Positions 25,374 to 57,983 of a DNA stretch of 64,000 nucleotides are shown one piece after another. The translations under genes were made by a program, and so were the position numbers. The stretch spans positions 25,144,912-25,208,911 of the forward strand of contig NC_092675.1 in assembly GCF_964355755.1 (NCBI RefSeq), given 5' to 3'. Numbering within the stretch: the first letter of the stretch is position 1; each line of letters opens with the position of its first letter. The stretch is from Antedon mediterranea (taxonomy: Eukaryota; Animalia; Echinodermata). The notes under the pieces are model-generated. The model ran no database searches. It saw nothing but the letters and a program-made list of their open reading frames with translations, and was not told the DNA's origin.

Positions 25374-26149
25374 GTGTTATGCGCGATTTGAACGATTTGC
25401 GCAATTTGAAATTGCGCAAAAAAATCCTTGCGCAATTTGAAATTGCGCAAAGAATTCTTGCGCAATTTAAAATTGCGCAATGATTTTTTTGCGCAATTTC
25501 AAATTGCGCAAGAAAATCTTTGCGCAATTTTAAATTGCGCTGCACAATTTGTAAATTGCACAAGATAGTTCTTGCGCAATATGACACCTTTGCGCAATTT
25601 GAAAACGAACTGTAAATTTTCCCATACATGGCTAGGCTAGGCCTAGGCAGAGGAGTTTAAAATTTAGTATTTTATTATAAATAAATAAGACCATTTCAAT
25701 GAAGATAATGTTTAATACTCACTTTTTAAGTTTTTAATATTAGTTTAAGCTAGGCCATGTAACCTAGTCAGTATCAGTAGTCCAGACCCTAGCTAGGCTA
25801 GAGTAGTATAGCCGGCCGCCCGCGCCGCGCCCGCCTGGTGGAACACCACCGCTTCGTTTTCCTTCGTCGGTTCTTCGACGGTATGCTAACTTATAACAAT
25901 ATTTGCACTACTAAAATAAGGAAATGCGATATTTATCTTTAATTTTGAATCATTCTTAGAAATTACTATAAGAATATGAGTGTGCATGATTTCACAATCT
26001 GTCGAAAAACCTTGCGCAATTTGCAGATTACTTGCGCAATTTAATATGTTGCTTGCGCAATTTGAAACACATGTTTCAATTCAAATTGCGCAAGGACTTT
26101 TTTTTGCGCAATTTCAAATTGCGAAAATCGTTCAAATCGCGCATAACAG
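25374..26149. mobile_element. MITE with a TA TSD and ~70-bp TIRs rich in TTGCGCAA
   Basis: gtgttatgcgcgatttgaacgattt... pairs with ...aaatcgttcaaatcgcgcataacag; TA at 25372-73 and 26150-51. Confidence 0.85.
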
Positions 26150-26419
26150 TAGTATACTTCTTTACTTCGTCACTACACACGTACGTGTAGGCTAATAATA
26201 CTAGTATATATTATTATTATTATACTAAACTTCAAATTCATTCAAGTGGCAGTGGTGGTATTTTAACATCACTGTGTTATTGTTAAGATAACATTTAACT
26301 ACTGTTGTTACTATGAAACTCAAATTTGCTTTCTTAATCAATATTCGAAGTTTATTCTCTTTTTTTTTCTTTTCAACAGTAATCATGATGAGGTTGGTTG
26401 AATAACAGATCATATTAGA

Positions 26420-29400
26420 ATGAGAAAATTAACATCGCTTGTCCTTACTCTCACTGTTGGTGCTCTCTTCCTTATTCTACAGATGCTTATTATTCATAAA
26501 TTCATTGAGAGGAGCAAATCTGAAGTAAATATGTACAACATTTTGAATTGAGATCTTCAATTAAATCTGTTCAATTAGACTTCTTTTATGAATGATTGAC
26601 AATATTAATACCTGAATACAACAGATTAATTAAATTAGCATTAATTGTAACACATCATTTATAATTAAATTATTGATTATTTGAAATCATTCAATATATA
26701 AAAAGAAAAAAGAAACTGTTTTAGTAATCCTGTCATGATTCTTTAACATTTTTGTTAGGTATTAGAAGATCAAAGAGAGGCTCTTCAGACACCAGTGCAA
26801 TATGTAAGTTAAATAATAATAGATTTTGATCCCACTTACGTTTAAGTGAGTGAATGCCTATGTTCCCTCCTTTCTAATTTAACATGGTAAGGTTTTATAA
26901 ACAATTTTATAGATATATACTTTGAAAAAATGCTGAAGGTTTTACAATGTTTAACATAGTTTATGTCTGCTGACAGAACCAACTAACAACCAACATTGAG
27001 TCTGATGACTAAAATTACCAAATAATTTATACTTATAGTGTGTAAAGCAATACTGTACAACTAGGATGTACTGAGGTTTTCTTGAATTTTATCTTTCCAC
27101 AGAAGGCTGTTCATATTTTTATGGCAGTAATGAGTAAATTAACTGTTCCAGTGGTTTTAGTAGAGCCATCAATATTGAAAGCAATTATGCAAAAGAGACT
27201 TGGACATCTTAAAGAACATAATGATTGTGAATTTGTATGTATAAAGCGCAACAAAACTACATTTTCTGTCCTTCAACACATGTTGGTGCATCAGCAGGTA
27301 TGGTGTGGTTAAATTACAAATTGAAGTTGAATGATTAGAAAAAGAATAGTTTCACGTTTATTACCATCATTTAGTAACCTCATTTGTATACAACAACAAA
27401 AAACAACTTAGCCAGAGTACAGAATGTCCTTTATTTTCAAAGGCCTAGAAGATTAATATTTTATAGAATTTTTAAGTATCCAGGTTTATACTTTCAATGG
27501 TCTGGATCAAGTCTACCACGTAGATTACTTTCAATGTTATAGACATACAACAGAAACAGCCAACTAAGGATGCAATATAAGCGAATTAATGCCAGCAAGA
27601 CTGGCTGCTGTGTAGTAAATGAATATAACAACATATTATAACCTATACAGTCAACTCTCCCAATACCGGACACCTTTGGGCCGGCCAAATAAGTCTGGTT
27701 TTCCGGGAAAGTCTGGTATTCGGAATGTGTTTTTAATGGTAAAATTAAATTTGGGACCTTTTGGTCCTCAAAAAAAGTCTGGTATTGGGAGACTTTCTGG
27801 TTTTCAGAGAGTAAGGTATTGGGAGAGTTGACTGTATAACATTTTATGAAGTACCTTGGTACAGTTTTATAAAATGATCTTGGTAAAAGTCTTTAGTGTT
27901 CCTGTCACACCAAAATCAGTCCGGGTCAAAATCGGTCCGGCGGACCAGTTTTGGCTGCCAAAATCGGTCCGGGGGACCATTTATGGCTGCCAAAACCTGT
28001 CCGGCCGGACCAATTTTGGCCGCCAAAACTGGTCCGGCCTGGATAAAATCGGTCCGGGCAGTAGGACTGTTTTTGGCCGCCAAATATGGTCCGGTCTTAC
28101 AAATATATGGTGCGCAAAATGAGTCATAATGTATATATCATTTAAAAAAAGGCCATGATTAGTCATTATTGAAAACTACGGGGATTTATTTGTTATTTTA
28201 ATATTATAAATTAAGCCTGTTTTTTTAATTATCATTATTAGTAGTAACTCATCAATAATTAATACTAATTGTTAAGCTTTTTGTATACAATATGTATCTC
28301 TGCCTGTTTTAATCCATTTTTTCTTTTTTAACATCTTCGTTTCCCCATGATGTTAAAAACAATTTAATTTATTAATTATTTATGGTTAATCAATCAATAT
28401 ATCAATTCAATACAATTATTATAAAACAATTATCCAATATTGATTAGGCTGAGGAAGGAAAAAGGCCTCAATCATAAATAAAATCTAGCTGGCAATATCA
28501 GCGTCTCATACCCGTTCATGTGAGTGTGTGGCAGGCCGAAATATGAGTGAACACCTAAGTCATGTTTTTAGATAAAATACATTTATTTATAGTATTTATC
28601 CGACAAGATAACTTACTAATATATATCATGGGATATTTTTCTAGCCATAAACAACTTAAAACAGCATCATAGGCCTAGTAATTCAATTAAAATCGACAGA
28701 AGAAAAGCCCGGACCAATTTTGGGAGTGGCGGACTGCTTTTGGCCACAACTTTAGAGCCAAAACTGGTCCGGCCGGACCGATTTTGGCCCCGGACCATAT
28801 TTATCGTGACATTCCCATGCAAATGCTAGCAATATGCTTACTAAATAGGATAAACGACAGATTAGATGAACATGTCCCTGTAACACAGGCCGCGTATCGC
28901 AGAGGACGAAGCACTACCGAACATGTACATACATGCAAAATGTTAGCAGAAAAGGCAATTGCGTCATCTAACTACGAAATAATATTACTACTACTTGACA
29001 TGACCAGTGCATTTGACACGGTGCGGAGGAATACTCTATTCGACATACTGACACATATATTACAAGATGATGAACTACACATGTTGAAAGTTTTGATAAA
29101 CAATGTAAAATTAAGCGTTCGAATTGGAAAACAGACAGGAAAATTGTTTACTACTACACTAGGAGTACCACAAGGTGACTGTATGTCTCCGATACTGTTC
29201 ACACTATACCTAGCAAAGGCACTCGAATCAGCAAACACAACACCACTACCCCTACAACAGCTTAATATCCAGATGCAGTATGCAGATGACATTTCATTTA
29301 TTAGCGACTCAAAAGAACACATAACTAAAATAAAGATAAATGTAACAGAGAAATTAGCAGAATTCAATCTAAAGATAAACGAAAGTAAAACAGAAGAATA

Positions 29401-32400
29401 CCTAATAGGAAGAAACACCGATAGTAAATGGGAAGAATGCAAATACCTCGGTAGTAACTTGGACACAGAAAAAGACATCAAAAGAAGAAAATCACTAGCA
29501 GCTATGGCATATAACAAGCTGAAGCCGTCGCTAGAACACAAAACGATGTCTATAGACGTGAAATCCCGTTTGTTTGACGCATACATAGCAAGTATTTTCT
29601 TATATAACAGTGAACTCTGGGTACTAAACAAAAAATTACAAGAGAGTATAGATATATATCACAGGAAAATGTTGCGAAAGATGATAGATATTAAATTAAC
29701 AGATAGAGTGTGTAACACGAAAATATACGAGATAACAAAACAAGAAGAATGGAGTAAAAGAATTAAACGAAGGAGACTAAAATCGTATGGACACATAATT
29801 AGATTACCGGATGATACCCCAATCAAACAAACAATGAAGGAAACTAACAGGAAAGTAAAACGACCCGTAGGAAGACCAAGAAATAACTGGATGAATCAAA
29901 TAAAGAAAGACTTACAAGGACTAGTAGACACTAACACAATAACAAACCATCCTGCCATAAACAGAAAAAAATGGAAACAAATTGTGGAAAGCGTAATGTC
30001 GGAAGACGGAAAACGTTAGCAACAAGCAACAATTTCCATGCAAAAGCATATAAGAATACGTTCTCGCATTGATAATACTCTCAACAAACTGCAACATTTT
30101 TATTTAATACAGATGAATCACCTTTTTTTTTCATCTTTTAGGAGGAATTATTAAGTTCTTTAAAACTTCATGGTTTTGCTGTTTTCAAAACTGAAGGAGG
30201 AGATCCTCTAACAGCGCACCAGTTAATGACATCAAAGCTTGTTCCATATCATTATCTGTTAGTCTATCAAGACCATCTCATTCACCTTGCTCTTTTGTAT
30301 GAAAGAAGTGACTTGTATTTATGGAAAGGTCCGCTTGAGTTACCAAGCAGTAGCAAGCTGTACCAAATTAATTTGGAGATTGGTACATTTGCAACTCCTT
30401 ATCCTGCAGCCATTAAAAAGTAAATCATTAATTTATTCTTTATTTTTCCATAATGAAAACTATATACAATTTATTATGCAGCAAATTTACTGGACAAATA
30501 GAATGGTTTTAATTTATTATTAATATATTAATTACATTAGTAATAATGAAAATATAATAACCTTCAATCAAGCACTCTGACTGACTATTATATTAACTCA
30601 TATTATTAGGTTTCTGGCTTATAGTGAAAAACTTTAGTATAACAATAAAGCCAACCATAGAGTATCATCATCATATCCGAATTCTGGATCTGAAACTTGA
30701 ATTTCTTTGAAATAATACAAATGATAGGAGACTTTGTTTTATGTTATATAAAATCATTCAGTGGATCTTCTTGAATTTCTTGACCAATTGTTGTTTAATT
30801 CTAATTCAGTACTTGACAATTTATCATCAGGTTTGAAGTAGCAGAAGTCAAAATTGACGGCATCTCCTTAAAAGTTCCAAAACGGCCAAATAGATATTTA
30901 AGAAGTCTCCAAAATTCAAAGTTTCTTGAGTGTGACTACCAGCAAGCAATGGACTTCTACAGTGTTCATGGGAAAGATGACTCCTCAGTTGCTCTTGATT
31001 TTAAAAATAGAGCAATTGATGTAATATCACAAGGACAAAGAATTTTGGATGAGTTAGGGGTTTCATTCTGGCTTAGTAGTGGTACTTGTTTAGGTAAGTT
31101 TAAGGTAAATATGTAAAATACATTTTTTCAATAGTATAATAATTGATAATCTTTATTGTACTGTACTTTTGCTTAATACACTTGGCATAAACATCATTAA
31201 ATTACTTTTCTGTCTAAACCAATTATGCTGGGTAGTTATAAATGTTTATATTTTGCTGGCTTTCGGCCTCCTGAGTAACACAATGAAATCCTCCACATTT
31301 TTGCTGGTAGTATAAAATGAGTTACATTTAAAGTAGCAAGTTCAAACAAAGTACACCAATCATCAATTGTGCAACACTTTCTTATGTTTGTTTGTTTGTT
31401 TTGTTTGTTTTATCTTTATACTGGGTGACCTCTTCAGTCAAAGACTGATCTCCCAGAGGGCCCAGTTGGTGATCAGTGGCTGTAATGTACTAATACACCG
31501 GGGTAACCCCCTACTCGTCTCAAAAGATGTACTAGGTTCTTTAAAGTGCACACGACCAAGTTGTGTACACTGGACCTACGGCTTATAGTCCTTATCCGAG
31601 AAGACTCGTTCTACCACCAGAACCATGGAGTGAGTGAGCCTCGAACCCCTGCCGATGTTATGGCTACGTGATTACGGTTCCACTGTCTTAACCGCTCAGC
31701 CACTCACTCATATATGTATGTATGTATGTATGTAACAAACAAATATATAACTGAAGTATAATAGTTAGTTAGATAAATGTGTTTAAAGTAATAAGATAGA
31801 AATTGAACAAGTAAGACTATTATCGTATTATCGACCTGGATGACTTTCCATCATTTGTATGATTTATCTATTGTGACTATAAAACATATATCTTCAACTA
31901 CAGAATTATTACACATTTGATCTCGATCTTTAGGATGGTTTAGAGAGTGTAGTATTATCCCACATAGTAAAGACGTTGACTTTGGTATATGGGCAGTTGA
32001 TTACAAACCAAATATAATAAGTGCCTTTGAAATGAATGGCTGGATGTTGAAGCATATACTTGGAAAGGTAATTGTAATATAAACATATATAAAATATGAT
32101 TGTCAGAAAGGCTAATTATTTACATTAATTCAGTAACTATATTTACATGATGTATAGTACTGTATTATTAGGGAAAAAATGTTTTGCAGAACATTGCCAG
32201 AAAGTCTAATGAAGGGTGACTCGATCTCTTAATCATACTATCTGAATTCAAACATTAACATCCAAACACATGACTATAGCCAATCTCTTGGTTGATTGAC
32301 TTCTACACATAAAATCTGTTATTTCAGGTTGAAGACAGTTTTGAATTGTCCTTTATTCATAAAAATGGATTGAAACTTGATTTATTCTTCTTCTATGAAG

Positions 32401-33127
32401 AAGTTGATCATGTTTGGAATGGTGGTACTGATGTCTATACCGCAATTAAATATAAGTAAGTTTTAAGATATATATTATAAAAAAGGCAAAATAATGTGGA
32501 TTAACTGTAGCTGGATTTTAATGGCGATACAAATTTACTAAAAAAAGTAAGTCAAAAGATAAAGTAAACTGCCAGAAAAAACCTATGCTAATTTTAAAAT
32601 AAAATAATAAAAAGGTGACCAGTTACATACAATTTCAACATTAAAGATATTTAAAAAGTATTGAAGTAGTTAGAAAGTATCGTTTCAAAAGAACTTTCAG
32701 ATACATTTTTTTTAAATGCATGTAACCTGTGACATTTAAGTTTGAAATAAGGATTAATAAATATGTTTATATCTTTATGATATTGAAACTAACTAATGAT
32801 AACATGGTATTGGATCAGGATTTGAACCCATGCATTCAGGGATCCTTGCTGGTATATTAACCACCAGTCTACTGTGTCATTATGATAATGAAATTTATGT
32901 TCATATTTTTTAGGTATAGTTTTCCAAAGTTCCATCTGTGTTGGACCGAGTTCCAATTAATGCTTGTGAGAGTTCCATGTGAGACTGAACCATACATCAA
33001 AGCTAACTATGGCAAACATTGGAGAAAGAAATTAGAAGAATGGGATTGGAAAAGCAGCCCACCGAATGTGAAGGAAAATGGCCGTTGGCTTGAAGAAGAA
33101 TACCAGGATGCTATACAAGTATTCTAA
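26420..33127 (+). CDS. FKTN: Fukutin (ribitol-5-phosphate transferase), ~453 aa, type II membrane protein
   Basis: 8 coding exons: 26420-26524, 26759-26803, 27103-27297, 30142-30419, 30831-31093, 31934-32067, 32328-32455, 32914-33127 (1362 nt). N-terminal signal anchor [21 protein letters not shown]; [29 protein letters not shown] (DxD motif); [18 protein letters not shown]; C-terminal [10 protein letters not shown]. Confidence 0.95.
27648..27834. mobile_element. Tc1/mariner (pogo/Tigger-like) MITE
   Basis: TIRs CAGTCAACTCTCCCAATACC / GGTATTGGGAGAGTTGACTG; TA TSD. Confidence 0.9.
27903..28811. mobile_element. Non-autonomous TIR element with ggtccg/cggacc subterminal repeats
   Basis: TGTCAC...GTGACA termini with ~50-bp imperfect TIRs (caaaatcggtccggc..ggaccagttttggc); ttcc on both sides. 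Confidence 0.75.
28824..30032 (+). mobile_element. 5'-truncated RTE-like non-LTR retrotransposon with an uninterrupted RT frame
   Basis: [53 protein letters not shown]; (GCAACAA)2 tail; flanks TTCCCATGCAAA (28812-23) and TTTCCATGCAAA (30033-44). No endonuclease domain or authentic start codon. Confidence 0.9.
31386..31710 (-). mobile_element. Apparently full-length tRNA-derived Deu/Nin-type SINE with an (AAAC)n tail
   Basis: On the minus strand: A-box TGGCTGAGCGG, B-box GGTTCGAGGC, central cggataaggactataagccgtaggtcc...gagtagggggttaccccggtgt, and an AAAC-repeat 3' tail. Confidence 0.85.
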
Positions 33128-33134
33128 TAGCTAT

Positions 33135-33510
33135 CTCATGGAGAATGCCTCTCTTCAGATACAACCATTTAACATCTGCCCACATCTCAGATGGAGAATG
33201 TCTCTCTACAGATACAGCCATTGAGCATCTGCCCACATCTCAGATGGAGAGTGCCTCTCACAGATTCAGCCATTGAGCATCTGCCCACATCTCAGATGGA
33301 GAATGTCTCTCACAGATTCAGCCATTGAGCATCTTCCCACATCTCAGATGGAGAATGTCTCTCACAGATTCAGCCATTGAGCATCTGCCCACATCTCAGA
33401 TGGAGAATGCCTCTCGACAGATACAATCATTGAGCATTTGCCGACATCTCAGATGGAGAATGCCTCTTTACAGATACAGCCATTGAGCATCTGCCCACAT
33501 CTCAGATGGA
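33135..33510. repeat. 52-53 bp minisatellite, ~7 units, at the start of the FKTN 3'UTR
   Basis: catctcagatgga at 33183, 33236, 33288, 33340, 33392, 33445 and 33498. Candidate AATAAA signals downstream at ~33732 and ~33857. Confidence 0.95.
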
Positions 33511-33944
33511 TGATGTCTCTATTTACAACCATCATATTTACAAGCAAATATGTAGCAGAAATCCTGTACATCATGAAGGCATATCATCATGTATGCATGT
33601 AGCTAAAAGAAGTCTATTGTTCAGATTTTAATATCAAGTTAGTTAGATTGTTGGAGATCATGCTAAAGTCCATCTGAACTTGCATATCTCTACTGTAATA
33701 TCTATACCATCCAACTGACAATGTTCTTCTAAATAAATAAATAACAAAATACATAATATTATGTATTGTATTTTACTACTTAAAAATGATTATGTAAGAG
33801 GAAATAACTTTTTTAATTGCAATAGAATCAGTTTATGTGCTATTTATTATTTTTCAATAAAAAAAAGTAAAATAACTGGAATTTTGTGAAAACCTTTGTT
33901 AATCTTTAATCGCTGCTGCTTCCCTACCAGTTTCAAAATACAAT

Positions 33945-34090
33945 AAAACCCCTATTAATATGTCCCCTTAATAGGTGTGCCCCTTGAATTGTGGAACCCT
34001 TATTAATTTGTCTCCTTTTAATAGGGGTGTCCGTTGATTAGAGGTACCCCTGTTAATGTTTCCTCTTAATAGGGGTGTCCCTTGAATAGG
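33945..34090. mobile_element. Degenerate Tigger-like MITE remnant
   Basis: Repeated gtcccc..taatagggg motifs, similar to remnants at ~4940-5072 and ~6580-6802. Confidence 0.45.
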
Positions 34091-34903
34091 GCTTGGCTGT
34101 TTATGTTCCAGGAGGGGATATTTATATTGTATAGGCCTACTCAGTAATGGATTACTAGATGGCCTAAACTATTGCATTTACAGTACTGATACTTCTATAA
34201 TAGATTAAAAGAAGAAAATGTACTTTGGCGAAAATAAGGTAAAGAGTCGTCTCTAGAATCAGGACGATATCTACTTTAAAAAGTACTGATTAATAGTTTA
34301 TTACATCATTAAGATATTTGGGAAAGATGATGAAAATTAGATGCTGATTTTGGGCCTAATAGCGCGGAAATTGTACGAGATAATTTGAGATTAGAAAAAG
34401 TGGATGAAGCTGGAAATTCGTCATGTCACCCAAATGCAATTACTGCCTGCTCACAATACTAAATATCCTCTCCGTAACAGAAAAAAATGGAAACAAATTA
34501 TTATGAGAAAACATGTCAGAGATGATGTTTCGTTGTGATTACGCCAGTCCGTTTTATTTATTTATAATACTGTATTTAAATGTAATTTACAAAATATAAT
34601 ATTTAATAAGCCTTGAAAAAGAAAACTGAATAGAAGGAAGATTCGAGATAAAAAAAAATACAAATATATAGTGTGTCTATTCAAAATCATTACATGGTTT
34701 TTAATAGACAAATTTTGCACAGTAAAATAGGGCCCCAGAATTATTCCATGGAATAATGGTCGGACGATGTCCCGTAGTATTAGCCAATCAAATCGCTCAG
34801 TTTACTTAAAATCTGATATCAGAGATGTGACAGAAATCCGATATTTAACTACGTGGAGCAGGCTGTGTAAATAAACATATGCCTTACCAAACGACAACTT
34901 AAC

Positions 34904-46660
<11,757 letters not shown>

Positions 46661-48121
46661 GATATTATTATTCCTTAACTCATTATTCTACACACTTTCC
46701 CATCCTCAATTTTAATTACATTTCTCTGATTTTACTGTTATGTATTAGTATTTAATTTGTTAATGGCATATATCCAGAAATCACTAAGGGGGAATTTATC
46801 ACTGCTGCAAAATGTGGTAATCCATTTATACATGACAAACATACGCACAAGAGGACAAAGTTGTATAAAAGTTTTTACATTTTTTTGGAGGAGCTGTAGT
46901 TTTGGTTTTTTAAACAAATGTTGGCATCAGATAGGATTGATTTGGATCGGTAGGGGTGTATCTTATTAGGCCTACTTATGGTAGAAGTGCACTTAAAGTT
47001 ACTGTATGTTGCTACAGTAATACACACTTTCAGATTTTTTTGTTAAATTCATGCTAATTAATAATATAAATAAAATACATTTAATTATATAAGTTTGTAT
47101 AGAATTCCTTGGAGAATTATCAGTATGCTTCTTGTCAGAATCTACTAATCTAAAATGAATAGATTTTTGGTGTTTCCATTTCAGTATTACCACCAGTGAG
47201 TATGTCTTCTGATGTTGGACTCAATATTAAAGTTATATATAGAATGCTATTATTTCATATTGAAAAGCATAGTCCATATTTAAATGTGTTGTTTTATCAA
47301 AATAATTATTTGGTAGTTAATTATTTAGTTTACTATTTTTCATTTAAACATATTTATCATAAAATACAAAACTTGTACAGGTATAACATTTTACATAATC
47401 AAGCTTTATAAGTATAAATTTAATGAAAAAGTTGATGAAAAGTGTGATTGGGAAAATGACAAAATGTTTCCTTTATTTTCTTCCTCAAATATTTTGAAAT
47501 ATATAATATACTCTTGCTGTACTATGCCGTATTGTGATAAATTGTTGATATATAACATGGCCATTTATGAAAATAATTACATTACTGAAATAAATTGTAT
47601 TGATTTTAGAGACTTGTTTACAGTGTGATTAAGAGATAAGACTTAAGTGGGGGTAAGACTTAAGGAGTGGGGGGTAAGACTTAAGTGGGGTGGAAAGGAA
47701 TACAATATCAAACATATTTGCAAAAGGAAATATTTAAACAGACTTATTTCTTTCAATACCTCTTTTCTGTGGTGGTCAAGTCCGCTTGCTAGCAAATCCA
47801 GGTTGATCTACCTTGGTAGACTCGTACCAGTGCAGTGCTGTACCAGGACCGTAGCAAGAAATTAACAAAGATGTTTTAAATATAATGAATATAACTTATA
47901 CTTGTTGTTGGGATTGGGTGATGAATTGATTGGTGAAAATTGGCCCTGCTTATACTAAGCAGATATTTGATTGTTTGACAGTACTTTGTATCGCGTGCCA
48001 TTCATTATTTGTATACCATTGAACGTTTTATATGAAAGCCAACTTATGGAGTTTGCCATCTATAATTTTGTAAAACAAATATTTAAAAGGAGAGATCACA
48101 TGGATGGAAGTGCTGAATGTG

Positions 48122-48312
48122 CATGTTCCTTTCGACGTTATACAACATTATCGTCGTTAACAGTTCAACGACGATTGTTTGAAAACGATCAAGTTGATAT
48201 TATAACGATAGTGAGTACCTTTTCCTGTAAATCGTTAACATTTCAACGTTTACGTAGAAGATTGCCGATTATTGTTAACGATAGCATCGAATAACGTCGA
48301 CAGGAAAACATG
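48122..48312. mobile_element. Small MITE between the DPYD and vasa 3' ends
   Basis: catgttcctttcgacgttat pairs imperfectly with ataacgtcgacaggaaaacatg; internal aacgat/atcgtt repeats. Confidence 0.6.
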
Positions 48313-49637
48313 GTTAAGCTTTATCAGCCGCTGCTTCGTGCCTGTACAGTAAATGATAAATCAATAGGGATTCTGAATAAACATTGCAATTCCAACAAAT
48401 TTTATTTAAAGATTCAACTACAATAATCCAACAATATGAAGTGTCATAAAAAAAACATGCAACATAAAATATGATATTAATAGTATGGGTAACATAAAAA
48501 AAGCAACACTTTGGGTTTTGGTTAATTCTATATCTAAGTTACTAGCGGTGTTAAAGCTCTATATTATACTAATAATTTAAACCTTTTTACATTTGCGTAG
48601 GAAAAAGTTTAAAAATGAATGATACATTTAATAATGAAACAAATATATATTTTGATAGTTTAGTATAATTTACTACTTTTTTACACTACATGTGACTAAC
48701 ATAAATGCCCAACAAAATAAAATACCAAATTTTAACATTATGGCTTATGGACTATAATACACTTTAATGGGAATGTTTCCAATATATATTATCAAGCATA
48801 CATGCAAAAGTGTTGTTGATACAATCTTAAATAGTCAAATTGAAAATTTAGATTAGTTAGATCATTCCATCCCATCAAGCTACTTTCTGTACCTCCTACA
48901 TTTATTTTGTTATAGCTTACATTTTTTCTCAGTCATCACCAGTATACACATATCATCATACTTTTAATAGCATTCATTCAATATTTCACTCATTCTAAAA
49001 ATTTAACTGCACTAAAATAAGAAACAGGAACACCACATACAGACAATACACCATATACTAATAATGCCAATTAAACATTTTTTTCCTAGATTTTTGAAAT
49101 TAAATATACAATGTGTCTTTGGAGTTTAAACTTTAGTGGATCATGTTACTAATAATTCAGTTCATCTACTCACCAACTATTATAAGCATATGCTTATAGT
49201 GTGGAGAATATTTGCAGTTAATAAAACAAGACGATATATATAAGCACACATATACAATCATGCATGCAGCAACCAAACTTAAATCCAAGTGCAATACACC
49301 ATTCTAAGTTAAGGCGGTAATGACATGAATGTTAAACCACACTTCTAGTGATGCAAATCTTAACAAATAACAAAAGGTGACCACGGCTGCTAATAAGCGT
49401 ACCACCTAATATCCCAATAAGAGGACACCATTCAAAACTAGTTATCTCCTCTTCTAGCTTTGATTAATGCTCCCTTTTGGACGTTTCCTCTTAAATGTAA
49501 TGTACATATTTATACAGTGAAACCATCATCAACTAAATCAAACTAAATTCAATATTCATATTTTTTCCCACAATGTAAACATTATGTGCTTTGTATTTTT
49601 TTTGTAATATCAAGGTCAAAATAAGTGATCAATAAGA

Positions 49638-57983
<8,346 letters not shown>

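Noticed and set aside
25339-26195. 96-aa and 71-aa ORFs
   Set aside because: They lie in MITE repeat arms, with low-complexity CAR/LAQF translations.
28445-28560. Second hammerhead-like motif (ctgagga...ggcct...aggcc gaaa)
   Set aside because: Long A-rich insert before stem II, no UH cleavage triplet in position, and a displaced stem I; at most a decayed remnant.
28784-30019. 411-aa RT ORF as a standalone gene, retron or DGR-like system
   Set aside because: It starts at a TTG inside an adjacent DNA element. The TSD, repeat tail and motifs indicate a truncated non-LTR retrotransposon. The antisense 219-aa ORF is a shadow.
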